Assembly (NCBI GenBank): GCA_041649045.1
Contig: JBAZNV010000001.1
Location: 19,756-83,755 of the forward strand
Source of the DNA: Candidatus Pacearchaeota archaeon
GTDB lineage: Archaea; Nanobdellota; Nanobdellia; Pacearchaeales; GW2011-AR1
Direction: 5' to 3'
DNA: 64,000 nt
Made by a program: the position numbers and the translations under genes. Position 1 is the first letter of the stretch. Each line of letters begins with the position of its first letter. The notes beneath the pieces are model-generated. The model made no database searches. It was not told where the DNA came from and worked only from the letters and a program-made list of their open reading frames with translations. Below are positions 48,236-57,203 of this stretch, piece after piece.

Positions 48236-49390
48236 ATGGAGATTTCTGAGTTTAAGGGCTCTTTTGGAAAACTTGTTGAAAAAGAAGACAAGGAACATGG
48301 GAAATATACTTCTTTTATCCCAAGCAAATTACCTCCAAAGTTTGAATACACTCCTGCATTAGTTTTAGCTCTTTCAAAAGCAGATAGTACTTTAAGTAAA
48401 CTTTCTGGAGCCGGCCTCCTTCTCCCAAATCCAGAATTATTAATCATTCCATATTTAAAAAAAGAAGCACTATCAAGTTCAAGGATAGAAGGGACTCAAA
48501 TTTCTCTTTCAGAATATTTTTTATCTGAGGCGAAAGGAATAACAAAGGAGGATATTGAGGCTACGGAAGTAGGGAATTATATTCAAGCAATTAGACACAC
48601 ATTGAAAGAAATTGAAACGAAACCAATTACCTCGGATTTAATTAAAGAAATGCATAAAATTTTACTTAAAGGAGTAAGGGGAGACGAGCTTCTTCCCGGA
48701 AATTTTAGACCTGTACAAAATTGGATAGGTCCAAAAAATACTAAAATCAAAGATGCAACCTTTGTACCTCCGCCAAAAGAAGAAGTGGAAAGATTAATTC
48801 AAGAATTAATAGACTATCTTAATACCAATGATGAAGTCCCATTATTAATAAAATGTGCTTTAATGCACTATCAATTTGAAACAATTCATCCATTTTGTGA
48901 CGGAAACGGAAGAATTGGAAGAGCACTAATTACTCTTTATCTTTGTAAAAAAAATAAAATTTCAAAACCTCTACTTTACGCAAGTGATTATTTCGAGAAA
49001 CATCGAAGAGATTATTATGATATACTTTTGACTGCAAATAAAACCGGAAAGTTTGAGATTTGGATTAATTTTTTTTTAGAGGCTATTAAAGTTCAATCAG
49101 AAGATGCCTTAGAAAGAACAATTAAAATTCAAAAACTTCGAGAAGATTATCAGAAAAAAATAAAAAATCATAAGCAAGCAGTTAATCTTCTTAATGTAGT
49201 TGATGCTTTATTCCTGAATCCTTTTGCTCAAATTAATCAAATATCTTCAACGCTGGATGTTACTTATCCAACAGCAAAAAAAGCTGTTGATAATTTAATT
49301 AAGCTTGGAATATTGAAGTCAGTTAATAATGAAACTGAGAGAAATAAGCTTTTTGTTGCTCACGAAATACTTGAAATAATTACATTGTAG
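48236..49390 (+). CDS. fic: Fic-family protein (AMPylator-like) with inhibitory S-x-x-I-E-G helix and C-terminal winged helix
   Basis: HPFCDGNGRIGR Fic motif; SSRIEGT inhibitory motif upstream. Confidence 0.8.
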   Translation: MEISEFKGSFGKLVEKEDKEHGKYTSFIPSKLPPKFEYTPALVLALSKADSTLSKLSGAGLLLPNPELLIIPYLKKEALSSSRIEGTQISLSEYFLSEAKGITKEDIEATEVGNYIQAIRHTLKEIETKPITSDLIKEMHKILLKGVRGDELLPGNFRPVQNWIGPKNTKIKDATFVPPPKEEVERLIQELIDYLNTNDEVPLLIKCALMHYQFETIHPFCDGNGRIGRALITLYLCKKNKISKPLLYASDYFEKHRRDYYDILLTANKTGKFEIWINFFLEAIKVQSEDALERTIKIQKLREDYQKKIKNHKQAVNLLNVVDALFLNPFAQINQISSTLDVTYPTAKKAVDNLIKLGILKSVNNETERNKLFVAHEILEIITL

Positions 49391-49436
49391 GAATAGGGCA
49401 GTAAGAGGCTATAAAAGTAATAAAAAATAAAATAAA

Positions 49437-49817
49437 TTATTGTTTTGGCAGCATATAACTAACCTTTCCACGGTCTTCAATCCGCGTGAGACCAAAATTA
49501 TCAAAATCCTTTTCCACTCTTTGAGCTAAATCAAAATAATGTTTCTCATTACTTTTGCCTTTGTATATTTTATGTTTTACAATAGTCCAGCGTCGAGAAC
49601 GCGCTCCATCATACTCTCTAAAATGGTCTTCTAAGTATTCCATCGCTTCATGAGGATTTAATGTTTCATCTTTAGAATAGGTTTCTGCATCGTACTCTAT
49701 CCTTACTTTTACCGAATCTTCTAACCCCGAAAGAGTCTCTAAAAGATTTTTCAATTTTATTGATTCATCTTTTACTTTCTTTCTTCCTGCAAGCGCATTT
49801 GAAATTGTTCTTATCAT
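49437..49817 (-). CDS. hypothetical protein (126 aa), convergent with fic; weak HEPN-like Rx5H (RRWTIVKH)
   Basis: ORF only. Confidence 0.35.
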   Translation of the reverse strand: MIRTISNALAGRKKVKDESIKLKNLLETLSGLEDSVKVRIEYDAETYSKDETLNPHEAMEYLEDHFREYDGARSRRWTIVKHKIYKGKSNEKHYFDLAQRVEKDFDNFGLTRIEDRGKVSYMLPKQ

Positions 49818-49936
49818 TTTACTTTACCTCCTTACATTTATTGTAAGTATTTTGTAATAGTAACAAATTAAAATATTATTTAAATATTATTTGTCTAATT
49901 TAGACGAATTTAAATAGTAGAAATTTATAAAATATA

Positions 49937-50665
49937 ATGAAAAAATTAGACGAATTAAAAGAACTTGGACTTGACGAGAATGAAATAAAAATTTATCTTG
50001 CATGTCTTAGTGAAGGAGGTTCTAATGTTCTTGAAATTTCTAAAAAATCAGGGTTAATTAGAACTACGGTTTATGGTGTTTTGCAATCACTATTAAAAAA
50101 GGGGCTTGTCGCTAAAATAAATAAAGATGGAATAAAATTTTTTTCAGCGGCTTCTCCGATAGAATTACTTAATATTTTAGATCAAAAAAAAGAAAAAATA
50201 AATATAATAATTCCCGAACTTGAAAAAATAAGAAGCTCTTTTAATAAAATTTATAGCATAGAATCTTTTGAAGGTAAAAATGGAGTTAAAACAATTACAA
50301 ATGATATAATTTCAATTCCTAATCAAATAGTCAAAGTAATAGGAGCAGGAAAAAAATGGGTAGAATTTTCTGAAACATTCTCAATGATTTATTATAGAAA
50401 AAAGAAAGAAAATAATGTAAAGACAAAGACAATTCTTTCAAATTTGCCAGAAGAAAAAGAGTTTATTAAAAATAAGGAAGTAAAAAATTCTGAATTCAAA
50501 TTTTTAAAAAGAATTGATGTAACAAAAACTGCCACATTTATTTATCATGATAAAGTCGCTTTTGTAAGTTATGAAGAAAACCCAAGGGGATTTATAATAA
50601 AAGACAAAGAATTTAATGAAATTCAAAACATATTCTTCGATAATTTATGGAAAATAGCTAAATAG
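49937..50665 (+). CDS. TrmB-family transcriptional regulator
   Basis: N-terminal wHTH LGLDENEIKIYLACLSEGGSNVLEISKKSGLIRTTVYGVLQSLLKKGLV. Confidence 0.65.
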   Translation: MKKLDELKELGLDENEIKIYLACLSEGGSNVLEISKKSGLIRTTVYGVLQSLLKKGLVAKINKDGIKFFSAASPIELLNILDQKKEKINIIIPELEKIRSSFNKIYSIESFEGKNGVKTITNDIISIPNQIVKVIGAGKKWVEFSETFSMIYYRKKKENNVKTKTILSNLPEEKEFIKNKEVKNSEFKFLKRIDVTKTATFIYHDKVAFVSYEENPRGFIIKDKEFNEIQNIFFDNLWKIAK

Positions 50666-50700
50666 TAATCGTATAGCCACAGCTTCTACTTTTGGTCCGA

Positions 50701-50776
50701 TAGCGGGGGCAGGATTTGAACCATGCGACCTCGAGGTTATGGGCCTCGCGAGCTGACCAGACTGCTCCACCCCGCT
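50701..50776 (-). tRNA. tRNA with CAU anticodon (Met or Ile2); A1:U72, C33, one-nt bulge in T-stem
   Basis: Manual fold: AGCGGGG acceptor, anticodon loop CCCAUAA, T-loop UUCAAAU. Confidence 0.6.
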
Positions 50777-50845
50777 ATATAATTTAGGGCATTTTCAGGC
50801 TTTTAAAGATTTTGAAATGTGAGAAATTTAATTTGAGTGGCTTTT

Positions 50846-50864
50846 GTATGTGGGGGGAGGATTC
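50846..50864 (+). repeat. partial duplicate of tRNA-Leu 3' end (gtatgtggggggaggattc)
   Basis: 18/19 match to 51009..51028. Confidence 0.5.
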
Positions 50865-50869
50865 TACTC

Positions 50870-50930
50870 GCATTCGCATTTTCTCCTATATAGTTTTAAT
50901 ATTTACAAGAAAAGTCGAAAATGCGAATGC
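50870..50930. repeat. 14-bp perfect inverted repeat (gcattcgcattttc / gaaaatgcgaatgc) with 33-nt spacer
   Basis: Read directly. Confidence 0.6.
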
Positions 50931-51011
50931 TCGCCCCCGTAATAAATCAGCTTTCGGTTGTCATCGTTACTTCGATAATCATCCACGGTTCTCACTTTGT
51001 TCGAACCCGTA

Positions 51012-51095
51012 TGTGAGGGGGAGGATTCGAACCCCCGTAGGCATAAAGCCACAGGATCTTAAGTCCTGCCCGTTTGGCCACTCCGGCACCCTCAC
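51012..51095 (-). tRNA. tRNA-Leu (anticodon UAA), type II with long variable arm
   Basis: Acceptor GUGAGGG/CCCUCAC, anticodon stem CAGGA/UCCUG loop CUUAAGA, variable arm GGCUUUAUGCC, T-loop GGUUCGAAUCC. Confidence 0.75.
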
Positions 51096-51205
51096 ATAAA
51101 AATATTCAAGAATAATAGTATAAAAGATTATCTAAAGAATAGATTTTTGTTAAAATGTCTTCGCTGTTAAGGATAGCTTTTTATAATCTTTTGATGTAAA
51201 TTTAT

Positions 51206-51682
51206 ATGAAAAATAGGAATGTTGGGATTTTGATCGTCGGGATTTCGGTTGTGATTATCGCGATTATATTTTTGTTTAACTCTGGTTTGCAGGAAATTGT
51301 CAGTCAGACCTGTGATCATGGGTCGACTTGTTCTATGTATAGCACGATTTCGATGCAAACGAAGTTGAGTTTGGCGATTGCCGGGCTTGTTTTCATAATT
51401 GGAGTTTTTTTAATTTTTTCCAAAGAAAGTGAAAAAATTATTTTTAGAACAAGGAAAGTAATAGAAAAAAGAAAACCGATAAATCTTGACGGACTAGATA
51501 AGAATGAGAAAGAGGTCGTGAAAATTTTGCAGACAGAAAATGGCGCGATGTTTCAGTCGGCTTTAATGGAAAAGTTGGGAATTGGGAAAGTTGGAATGAC
51601 GAGATTGCTTGACAAGTTAGAAGCTAAGCAGATTATTGAAAGAAAGCGACGGGGAATGAATAATATAATTGTTTTGAGGTGA
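51206..51682 (+). CDS. membrane-anchored winged-helix transcriptional regulator
   Basis: Two N-terminal TM helices then wHTH ALMEKLGIGKVGMTRLLDKLEAKQIIERKR. Confidence 0.5.
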   Translation: MKNRNVGILIVGISVVIIAIIFLFNSGLQEIVSQTCDHGSTCSMYSTISMQTKLSLAIAGLVFIIGVFLIFSKESEKIIFRTRKVIEKRKPINLDGLDKNEKEVVKILQTENGAMFQSALMEKLGIGKVGMTRLLDKLEAKQIIERKRRGMNNIIVLR

Positions 51683-51753
51683 TGAAACTAGTTTCGCCAA
51701 AGTCGTTATAATAAGAGTTCTTTTAAGATAGGTAATTAAATGGAGGCAAAAAA

Positions 51754-51963
51754 ATGAAAATTTGGATGATTGCTTTGGCGTTGGGATTGCTGCTCGTTGT
51801 TGGGTTTGTGGTGGCTGACAGTTTGTTAGTCGAAGAAACCGAGGCTGAGACGGTAGTTGCTCCTTCCTGCGGAAGTTGTAATGGCGGATGCAGTGTTGGG
51901 AACTCGTGCTCAAATCCTTCTTGCGGAATTAATTCCGGTGGCTCTTGCGGCTGTAAAAGGTAA
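51754..51963 (+). CDS. small secreted Cys/Gly-rich peptide (9 Cys in 31-residue core)
   Basis: Signal peptide MKIWMIALALGLLLVVGFVVA then CGSCNGGCSVGNSCSNPSCGINSGGSCGCKR; RBS-like GGAGG upstream. Confidence 0.5.
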   Translation: MKIWMIALALGLLLVVGFVVADSLLVEETEAETVVAPSCGSCNGGCSVGNSCSNPSCGINSGGSCGCKR

Positions 51964-52036
51964 GGAGTAAGAAAATTTATTTTATTTTTATTTTATTTTG
52001 TGACGTTCAGAATTGGATTGTTTGATCTCGAGTATA

Positions 52037-52109
52037 AGCCTGTGGAGGGGATTGAACCCTCGACTTTCGGTTTACGAAACCGATACTCTACCAACTGAGT
52101 TACACAGGC
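52037..52109 (-). tRNA. tRNA-Thr (anticodon CGU)
   Basis: Acceptor GCCUGUG/CACAGGC, anticodon stem UCGGU/ACCGA loop UUCGUAA, T-arm GAGGG UUCAAUC CCCUC. Confidence 0.75.
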
Positions 52110-52163
52110 GTGAATTTTTTAATGTAGATAGTTTTATAAAATCTTTGAATTTAAATTATTTTC

Positions 52164-52367
52164 ATGGACGGGCTTGATTTGAGAAAATTTCAGGAAGGTG
52201 ATGGGCAAAAACAGGTTGCTGGGATTTTGGGTAAAATTCTTTCTGGACGTGATGGTTATGAAGCGGTGATTGAGAAGAGGAAAGAGATTAGAAGATGTTT
52301 GAAGTGCAATTGGGTTTTGGAAGGCGGTGAGAAATTTTGTCCGGAATGTGGTAGCAAACAAACCTAA
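52164..52367 (+). CDS. small zinc-ribbon protein
   Basis: CLKC...CPEC. Confidence 0.4.
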   Translation: MDGLDLRKFQEGDGQKQVAGILGKILSGRDGYEAVIEKRKEIRRCLKCNWVLEGGEKFCPECGSKQT

Positions 52368-52393
52368 GGTTTTTTTGCTGCATTTTCTTCAGA

Positions 52394-52540
52394 TAGCGAA
52401 ATCTGGCGATTTCGTATTTAATGCAAGACAAAATTATCTTCACCTCTGGTGAAGACGCGACTGTCATTGCGTTCGCAACGACACTGTCGCTCAAAATTTT
52501 GTCTTGCGGGGAATTTATTGCGCGCTTCGGGCGCGCCTAT
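52394..52540 (+). repeat. GC-rich structured intergenic element, copy B
   Basis: About 85% identical to copy A over about 150 nt; contains GCGCGC-UUCGG-GCGCGC hairpin. Confidence 0.6.
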
Positions 52541-52723
52541 CGTTTGAGTGTGTCAAGATGCTTAAGAAGAAAAATTTAAAAATAATTTTAAATTATTTTT
52601 TATTGAAAAAGAGTTCTGATAACTTAAGATGAAAAAAGTTCAACAAGGAATTTATGTGGCAGGTGGCGAATTAAAGATTGCTGTTTTACTTAACTTTAAA
52701 ATCTCTTTTTATTGTTTATAATT

Positions 52724-54436
52724 ATGAAGTTAGCTATAGTTCATCATGAAAAATGCAAGCCGGCCCTGTGCGGACACGAGTGCAAGAAATATTGTCCGAT
52801 TGAAAAAAAGGAAATGGATAGCTGTGTGACTATTGGTGGCAAGGCGAAAATAGAAGAAAAAACTTGCATCGGTTGTACGATTTGTCAGAAAAGATGTCCT
52901 TTTGAGGCGATTGATATTATTAATTTGCCGTCAGTGAAGGATGAGGATTTAGTTTATAGATATGGAGAAAATGGGTTTGCGTTGTATGGGCTTCCGACGC
53001 CGCGAGAAGGAAATGTTCTTGGACTTCTTGGAAGAAATGGAATAGGGAAATCAACGGCGATAAAGATTTTAGCAGGGCAAGAAAAATTACGAATTAGGGG
53101 AAGCGAGATTGAACCGATAGAGTTTTTCAAGGCAAGCGAACTTGGGACTTATTTTGAGAGTTTGAAAAAAAAGAAAGTAAGTTACAAGCCGCAAAATCTT
53201 TCAAAGCTTTCGGCGAATATAAAGGTAATTGATTTATTAAAACAGAGAGGGGCTGAGAAAGAAATTTTGAAATTTGCCGAGAAGTTAGGCGTAAGTCAGA
53301 TTCTTGAAAATAAAATGGACAAGCTTTCGGGAGGAGAGCTTCAAAAAATTGCGATTATTGCTGCTTCGCTCGGGGAGTCGGATATTTATTTTTTTGATGA
53401 ACCTCTTGCATATCTTGATATTAGTGAAAGACTTAGGGTTTCTGATTTTATCAAAGAAATCGGAGTGGATAAGTCGGTTATTGTTGTTGAACATGACTTG
53501 CTGATTTTAGATTATTTGACAGATAATTTGAATTTATTTTTTGGAAGCGTTGGAGCTTTCGGGTTAGTTAGTGATGTGAAAACTTCAAAATATGGAGTGA
53601 ATTCTTATTTACAAGGTTTTTTGAAAGAAGAAAATTTGCGAATTCGGGACAAGGAACTTAATTTTAATTTTAGCAGAAATTCTTCTTTGGGTGGTCATAG
53701 AATTTCTTCGTGGCCCGATTTTAAATTGAAATTTGAGTCGGGGTTTGAGCTTGAGGCCAAGGGCGGAGAAATAAGGCAGAATCATGTGACGGGTATTTTG
53801 GGACGAAATGGGACAGGGAAAACTACATTTGTGAAAGCGATAGTCGGGGAAATTGATACAAATAGCGGGAAATTAGATTTGAATTTAGACATAAGCTATA
53901 AGTCGCAATATCTACTTTCAGATTCAAATGAAATTGTCAGAGATATTTGTTTTAGGGAGAAAATAAACAAGAAGATGATGAGTCTTTTTAATTTAGGAGT
54001 TTTGTTACATAAAAAAATAAATGAACTTTCGGGAGGAGAGCTTCAGCGATTTAGCATTGCAAGGTGTCTTTCGAAAGAAGCTGATATTTATTTGATTGAT
54101 GAGCCGAGCGCTTATCTTGATGTCGAGGAAAGAATTTCGGTTGCCAAGGTAATAAAAGACATGATGATAGAAAAAGAGAAAACGGCTTTTGTTGTAGACC
54201 ATGATTTGCTTTTGGTTTCGTACCTTGCAGATTCTATCATAAATTTTGAAGGGGAGCCGGGTGTTAGGGGGATGTCAAGTGAAATCAAAAGTTTCGAGGA
54301 AGGGATTGGCGAGCTTTTGAAAAATTTAGATATTACGTTAAGAAAAGACAAGGACAGTGGACGACCGAGAATAAACAAGCGGGGTTCGGTACTCGATAGA
54401 GAACAAAAAGAAAAAGGGGAATGGGCAGTGTTTTAA
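52724..54436 (+). CDS. abce1: ABCE1 / RNase L inhibitor (ribosome recycling ATPase) with N-terminal Fe-S domain
   Basis: N-terminal Cys clusters, two ABC cassettes (GRNGIGKST, LSGGELQ; GRNGTGKTT, LSGGELQR). Confidence 0.85.
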   Translation: MKLAIVHHEKCKPALCGHECKKYCPIEKKEMDSCVTIGGKAKIEEKTCIGCTICQKRCPFEAIDIINLPSVKDEDLVYRYGENGFALYGLPTPREGNVLGLLGRNGIGKSTAIKILAGQEKLRIRGSEIEPIEFFKASELGTYFESLKKKKVSYKPQNLSKLSANIKVIDLLKQRGAEKEILKFAEKLGVSQILENKMDKLSGGELQKIAIIAASLGESDIYFFDEPLAYLDISERLRVSDFIKEIGVDKSVIVVEHDLLILDYLTDNLNLFFGSVGAFGLVSDVKTSKYGVNSYLQGFLKEENLRIRDKELNFNFSRNSSLGGHRISSWPDFKLKFESGFELEAKGGEIRQNHVTGILGRNGTGKTTFVKAIVGEIDTNSGKLDLNLDISYKSQYLLSDSNEIVRDICFREKINKKMMSLFNLGVLLHKKINELSGGELQRFSIARCLSKEADIYLIDEPSAYLDVEERISVAKVIKDMMIEKEKTAFVVDHDLLLVSYLADSIINFEGEPGVRGMSSEIKSFEEGIGELLKNLDITLRKDKDSGRPRINKRGSVLDREQKEKGEWAVF

Positions 54437-54470
54437 AAAGATTTTATAATGATAAAATTATTGATTTAGC

Positions 54471-55037
54471 ATGAAAGAAATAAGTTATGAAGAAGCTGAA
54501 AAATTATTATTAAAACATTTAGAAAAACAGAAGCAAAAAAATAAGGATGCGATAATTAGTCATTCCAGAATTGTTTCGGATTTTTTGCTTTCGATTTGTT
54601 TGAGGCTTAATGAATTACATTCAGAATTCAATATTGATTGTGAAAAAATGCGAATAGCTGGATTGCTGCATGATATTGGCAAGAATGGGATTGATCCGGA
54701 TTTTTTTCATGCAGAAACTGGATGGAAAATTTTGAGCGATGAAGGATTGAATGAAATGGCAAAGATAGTTCGAACTCACACTATCGCAAAAGAATCTGCA
54801 GAATCAGAGGGACGAGAGGGTTTCGAACCGATTACTTTAGAGGAAAAATTATTAACTTATGCTGATTCTCATGTTAAGCATGATAAAGTTGTAACTTTTG
54901 ATGAAAGATTTAATGATGTGATAGAAAGAAGTCGAGATAATATAAAAAAATGCAATGCATTAATTTTTGCTCGTGAAAGAATTCGAAGGATAGTTGATGA
55001 AGTTGATGCTCTTTTGGAAAATAAAAAAAATAATTAA
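54471..55037 (+). CDS. HD-domain (HDIG) phosphohydrolase
   Basis: LLHDIGK motif. Confidence 0.6.
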   Translation: MKEISYEEAEKLLLKHLEKQKQKNKDAIISHSRIVSDFLLSICLRLNELHSEFNIDCEKMRIAGLLHDIGKNGIDPDFFHAETGWKILSDEGLNEMAKIVRTHTIAKESAESEGREGFEPITLEEKLLTYADSHVKHDKVVTFDERFNDVIERSRDNIKKCNALIFARERIRRIVDEVDALLENKKNN

Positions 55038-55064
55038 AAAAAGAAAGAATAAAACTTTGATTAT

Positions 55065-55640
55065 TTATTTGCCCCAGGCAGCGATTCCTACGAAGACAAA
55101 GTGTGAGATTATTGCCAATAGGAAAATTATCAGCCCTAAGGTTTGAGAGAGATACATTAGAATGACCCCCAGGATTACTCCTAAAATTGGGATCAACGCA
55201 AACCATCCTTTTTTGTCAACCGCTTCATAAGTTTTCCAGTGCCATGTTGTGATCATCGCGATTGCCATTATTATTGTTGCTGTCAATACAATCAGGCCTA
55301 AAGTAAGAGAGGTTGAATTTCCATTAGTTATTGCTGATAATAGCCCGTTTGCCGTTAGAAGATACGCGATGGCATATCCTATCAATCCAACTAAAAATGG
55401 CCACCAGTGAGCTTTTGCTGTTTCAAAAATTGTTGCGATGGGTCCCCAAAAAGGCATCCATGCAATGCCAGGATTGTTTAATTTGGTTTTGCTCCCGATT
55501 TTCGAGTATGCTAAAGATGCGTATATGTAGATGACAAAAATAATAAGCAACCCAATAATCAAAATTCCCATTGATTTTCCTCCTGCTAAGTTCATCATAT
55601 TCACATCGGGCATCATACTCAAGGTTTCTAAAAACACCAT
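55065..55640 (-). CDS. hypothetical polytopic membrane protein
   Basis: About 6 predicted TM helices. Confidence 0.45.
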   Translation of the reverse strand: MVFLETLSMMPDVNMMNLAGGKSMGILIIGLLIIFVIYIYASLAYSKIGSKTKLNNPGIAWMPFWGPIATIFETAKAHWWPFLVGLIGYAIAYLLTANGLLSAITNGNSTSLTLGLIVLTATIIMAIAMITTWHWKTYEAVDKKGWFALIPILGVILGVILMYLSQTLGLIIFLLAIISHFVFVGIAAWGK

Positions 55641-55730
55641 TTAATATCACCTCCTTTCAATCTTACGAGCATGCAATTTAATGGGTTTGATGTTTATAAA
55701 GATTTTTAAATCAAGAGAATTTGTAATTAT

Positions 55731-55910
55731 ATGAGAAATAAAAAAGAAGTGAAGCACAAAGAAGATAACACGGGACTTTTTATTCCTGCAGGGCTTTTTA
55801 TTGGTCTCGGAACTGGCGGGATTTTAGGTCATTGGGGCGCAGGACTTTTGCTTGGGCTGGGTATTGGGTTTTTACTTATGGCTATCACTAAGTTATTGAA
55901 GGGGAAATAG
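55731..55910 (+). CDS. small membrane protein (59 aa, Gly-zipper-like)
   Basis: Not in ORF track (59 aa); GLFIGLGTGGILGHWGAGLLLGLGIGFLL. Confidence 0.35.
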   Translation: MRNKKEVKHKEDNTGLFIPAGLFIGLGTGGILGHWGAGLLLGLGIGFLLMAITKLLKGK

Positions 55911-55913
55911 GTA

Positions 55914-56531
55914 TTATTTTTTACTTACCCATTTATTTTCTTTAATGTAGAATCTGTGCGGAAGTTCTTTCCCTTTGGATATCCCAATTCTCGTTGTTTG
56001 GATGATTTTGAAATTTGAAGAGCAGGATGTTTTTAATTTTTGATTGAAGATTTTTTCATTTTCATTTCTCATTATTTTAAGCGGCGAGTTTTTATCAAGC
56101 AGGTTTATGCCGTTCAACTTTTTATCGATACCCAGTGCGATTGTGAGTTTTGCGGGCCCGTTTGATAAATTTTTTTCATCGATAATTTTTCTGTTTTTTT
56201 TCATAAGCTTTACGCCATCTATGGGTTCAATTGCTCGAATCAGAACTGCTTCTCCGATGCCTTTTTTGTTTGTGACGATATTGAAACAATGATACATCCC
56301 GTAGGTGAAATATACGTAAGAGGTTCCTGGTTTTTCGAACATGGGCGAGTTGCGTTTTGTTAGACCGCAAAATGAATGGGATGCTGGGTCGTCTTTTAGA
56401 TAGGCTTCGGTTTCGACGATTTTTCCTATAATTTTTCCTTGCGAGGTTTCATTTATTATTAATTTTCCAAGTAGTTTTTTTGCGATTTCGATTGTCGATT
56501 TTTTAAAAAAAGATTTAGACAGGGGTTTCAT
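55914..56531 (-). CDS. mpg: DNA-3-methyladenine glycosylase (Mpg/AAG family)
   Basis: [11 protein letters not shown]...GKIVETEAY...[35 protein letters not shown]. Confidence 0.75.
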   Translation of the reverse strand: MKPLSKSFFKKSTIEIAKKLLGKLIINETSQGKIIGKIVETEAYLKDDPASHSFCGLTKRNSPMFEKPGTSYVYFTYGMYHCFNIVTNKKGIGEAVLIRAIEPIDGVKLMKKNRKIIDEKNLSNGPAKLTIALGIDKKLNGINLLDKNSPLKIMRNENEKIFNQKLKTSCSSNFKIIQTTRIGISKGKELPHRFYIKENKWVSKK

Positions 56532-56591
56532 ATTTCAAAATAATTAAAATTATATATAAATGTTTATAAAGAAAAAAGTATATTATATTAA

Positions 56592-56924
56592 ATGGAAAAA
56601 GATTTGGGCAGAATAAAGAAAAATCCGGAGACCGAGATCTTGGTCCGAATTGATGATTTTGGGGGGAAGCCTGGCTTGACGATTCGAGAATTTGTTACGT
56701 CTGAAAAATATACAGGGTTTACAAAATCTGGGACGAGAATTCCGGTTGAAAGTTTTGAAGCTTTCAAAAAAATGATTAATTCGGTTAAGCCGGGGGATTT
56801 TGGAAACGCGGGTGAAGTGAAACAGGAAAAACTTCCGGTTAAAAAAATTCTTCAAAAAAAGGAAGATTTAGATTTGGACGAGGAATTTGATGATTCCGGG
56901 ATAGATGACGAAGGACTAATTTAA
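56592..56924 (+). CDS. PC4/Sub1-like ssDNA-binding transcriptional cofactor with acidic tail
   Basis: ILVRIDDFGGKPGLTIREFVTSEKYTGFTKSGTRIPVESFEAF resembles PC4 C-terminal domain. Confidence 0.5.
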   Translation: MEKDLGRIKKNPETEILVRIDDFGGKPGLTIREFVTSEKYTGFTKSGTRIPVESFEAFKKMINSVKPGDFGNAGEVKQEKLPVKKILQKKEDLDLDEEFDDSGIDDEGLI

Positions 56925-56927
56925 GCT

Positions 56928-57112
56928 AAACTTTTAGAAAAAGTTTGGCTGGATTAAAACTTATGTTGCGGAACTTCGTTCCGTATTTACTGCGAGAAAA
57001 ATTTTCTCGCGAATTGAGTTCGCGAGCCGATTCCCCCAAACTTTGTTTGGGTCCGGAATCGGACAAATTTTTACTCGCGGGAAATTTGTTGCGCGCTTTA
57101 GACTCGCGCAGT
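56928..57112 (+). repeat. GC-rich structured intergenic element, copy C
   Basis: Shares 5' about 75 nt with copy A (cttttagaaaaagtttggctgg...cgtatttactgcgagaaaaatt), then different hairpins. Confidence 0.55.
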
Positions 57113-57203
57113 GTTTGAAACGTGGTAGATATTTGAAAAAGATAATTATTTTTGTTTTATTGATTTTTGTTTATTCCGCCATCTTTAAATATTCTCTCTT
57201 CTC

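Noticed and set aside
50812-51099. 95-aa plus-strand ORF between tRNA-Met and tRNA-Leu
   Set aside because: Runs across tRNA-Leu and the inverted-repeat/att-scar region; no coding signal
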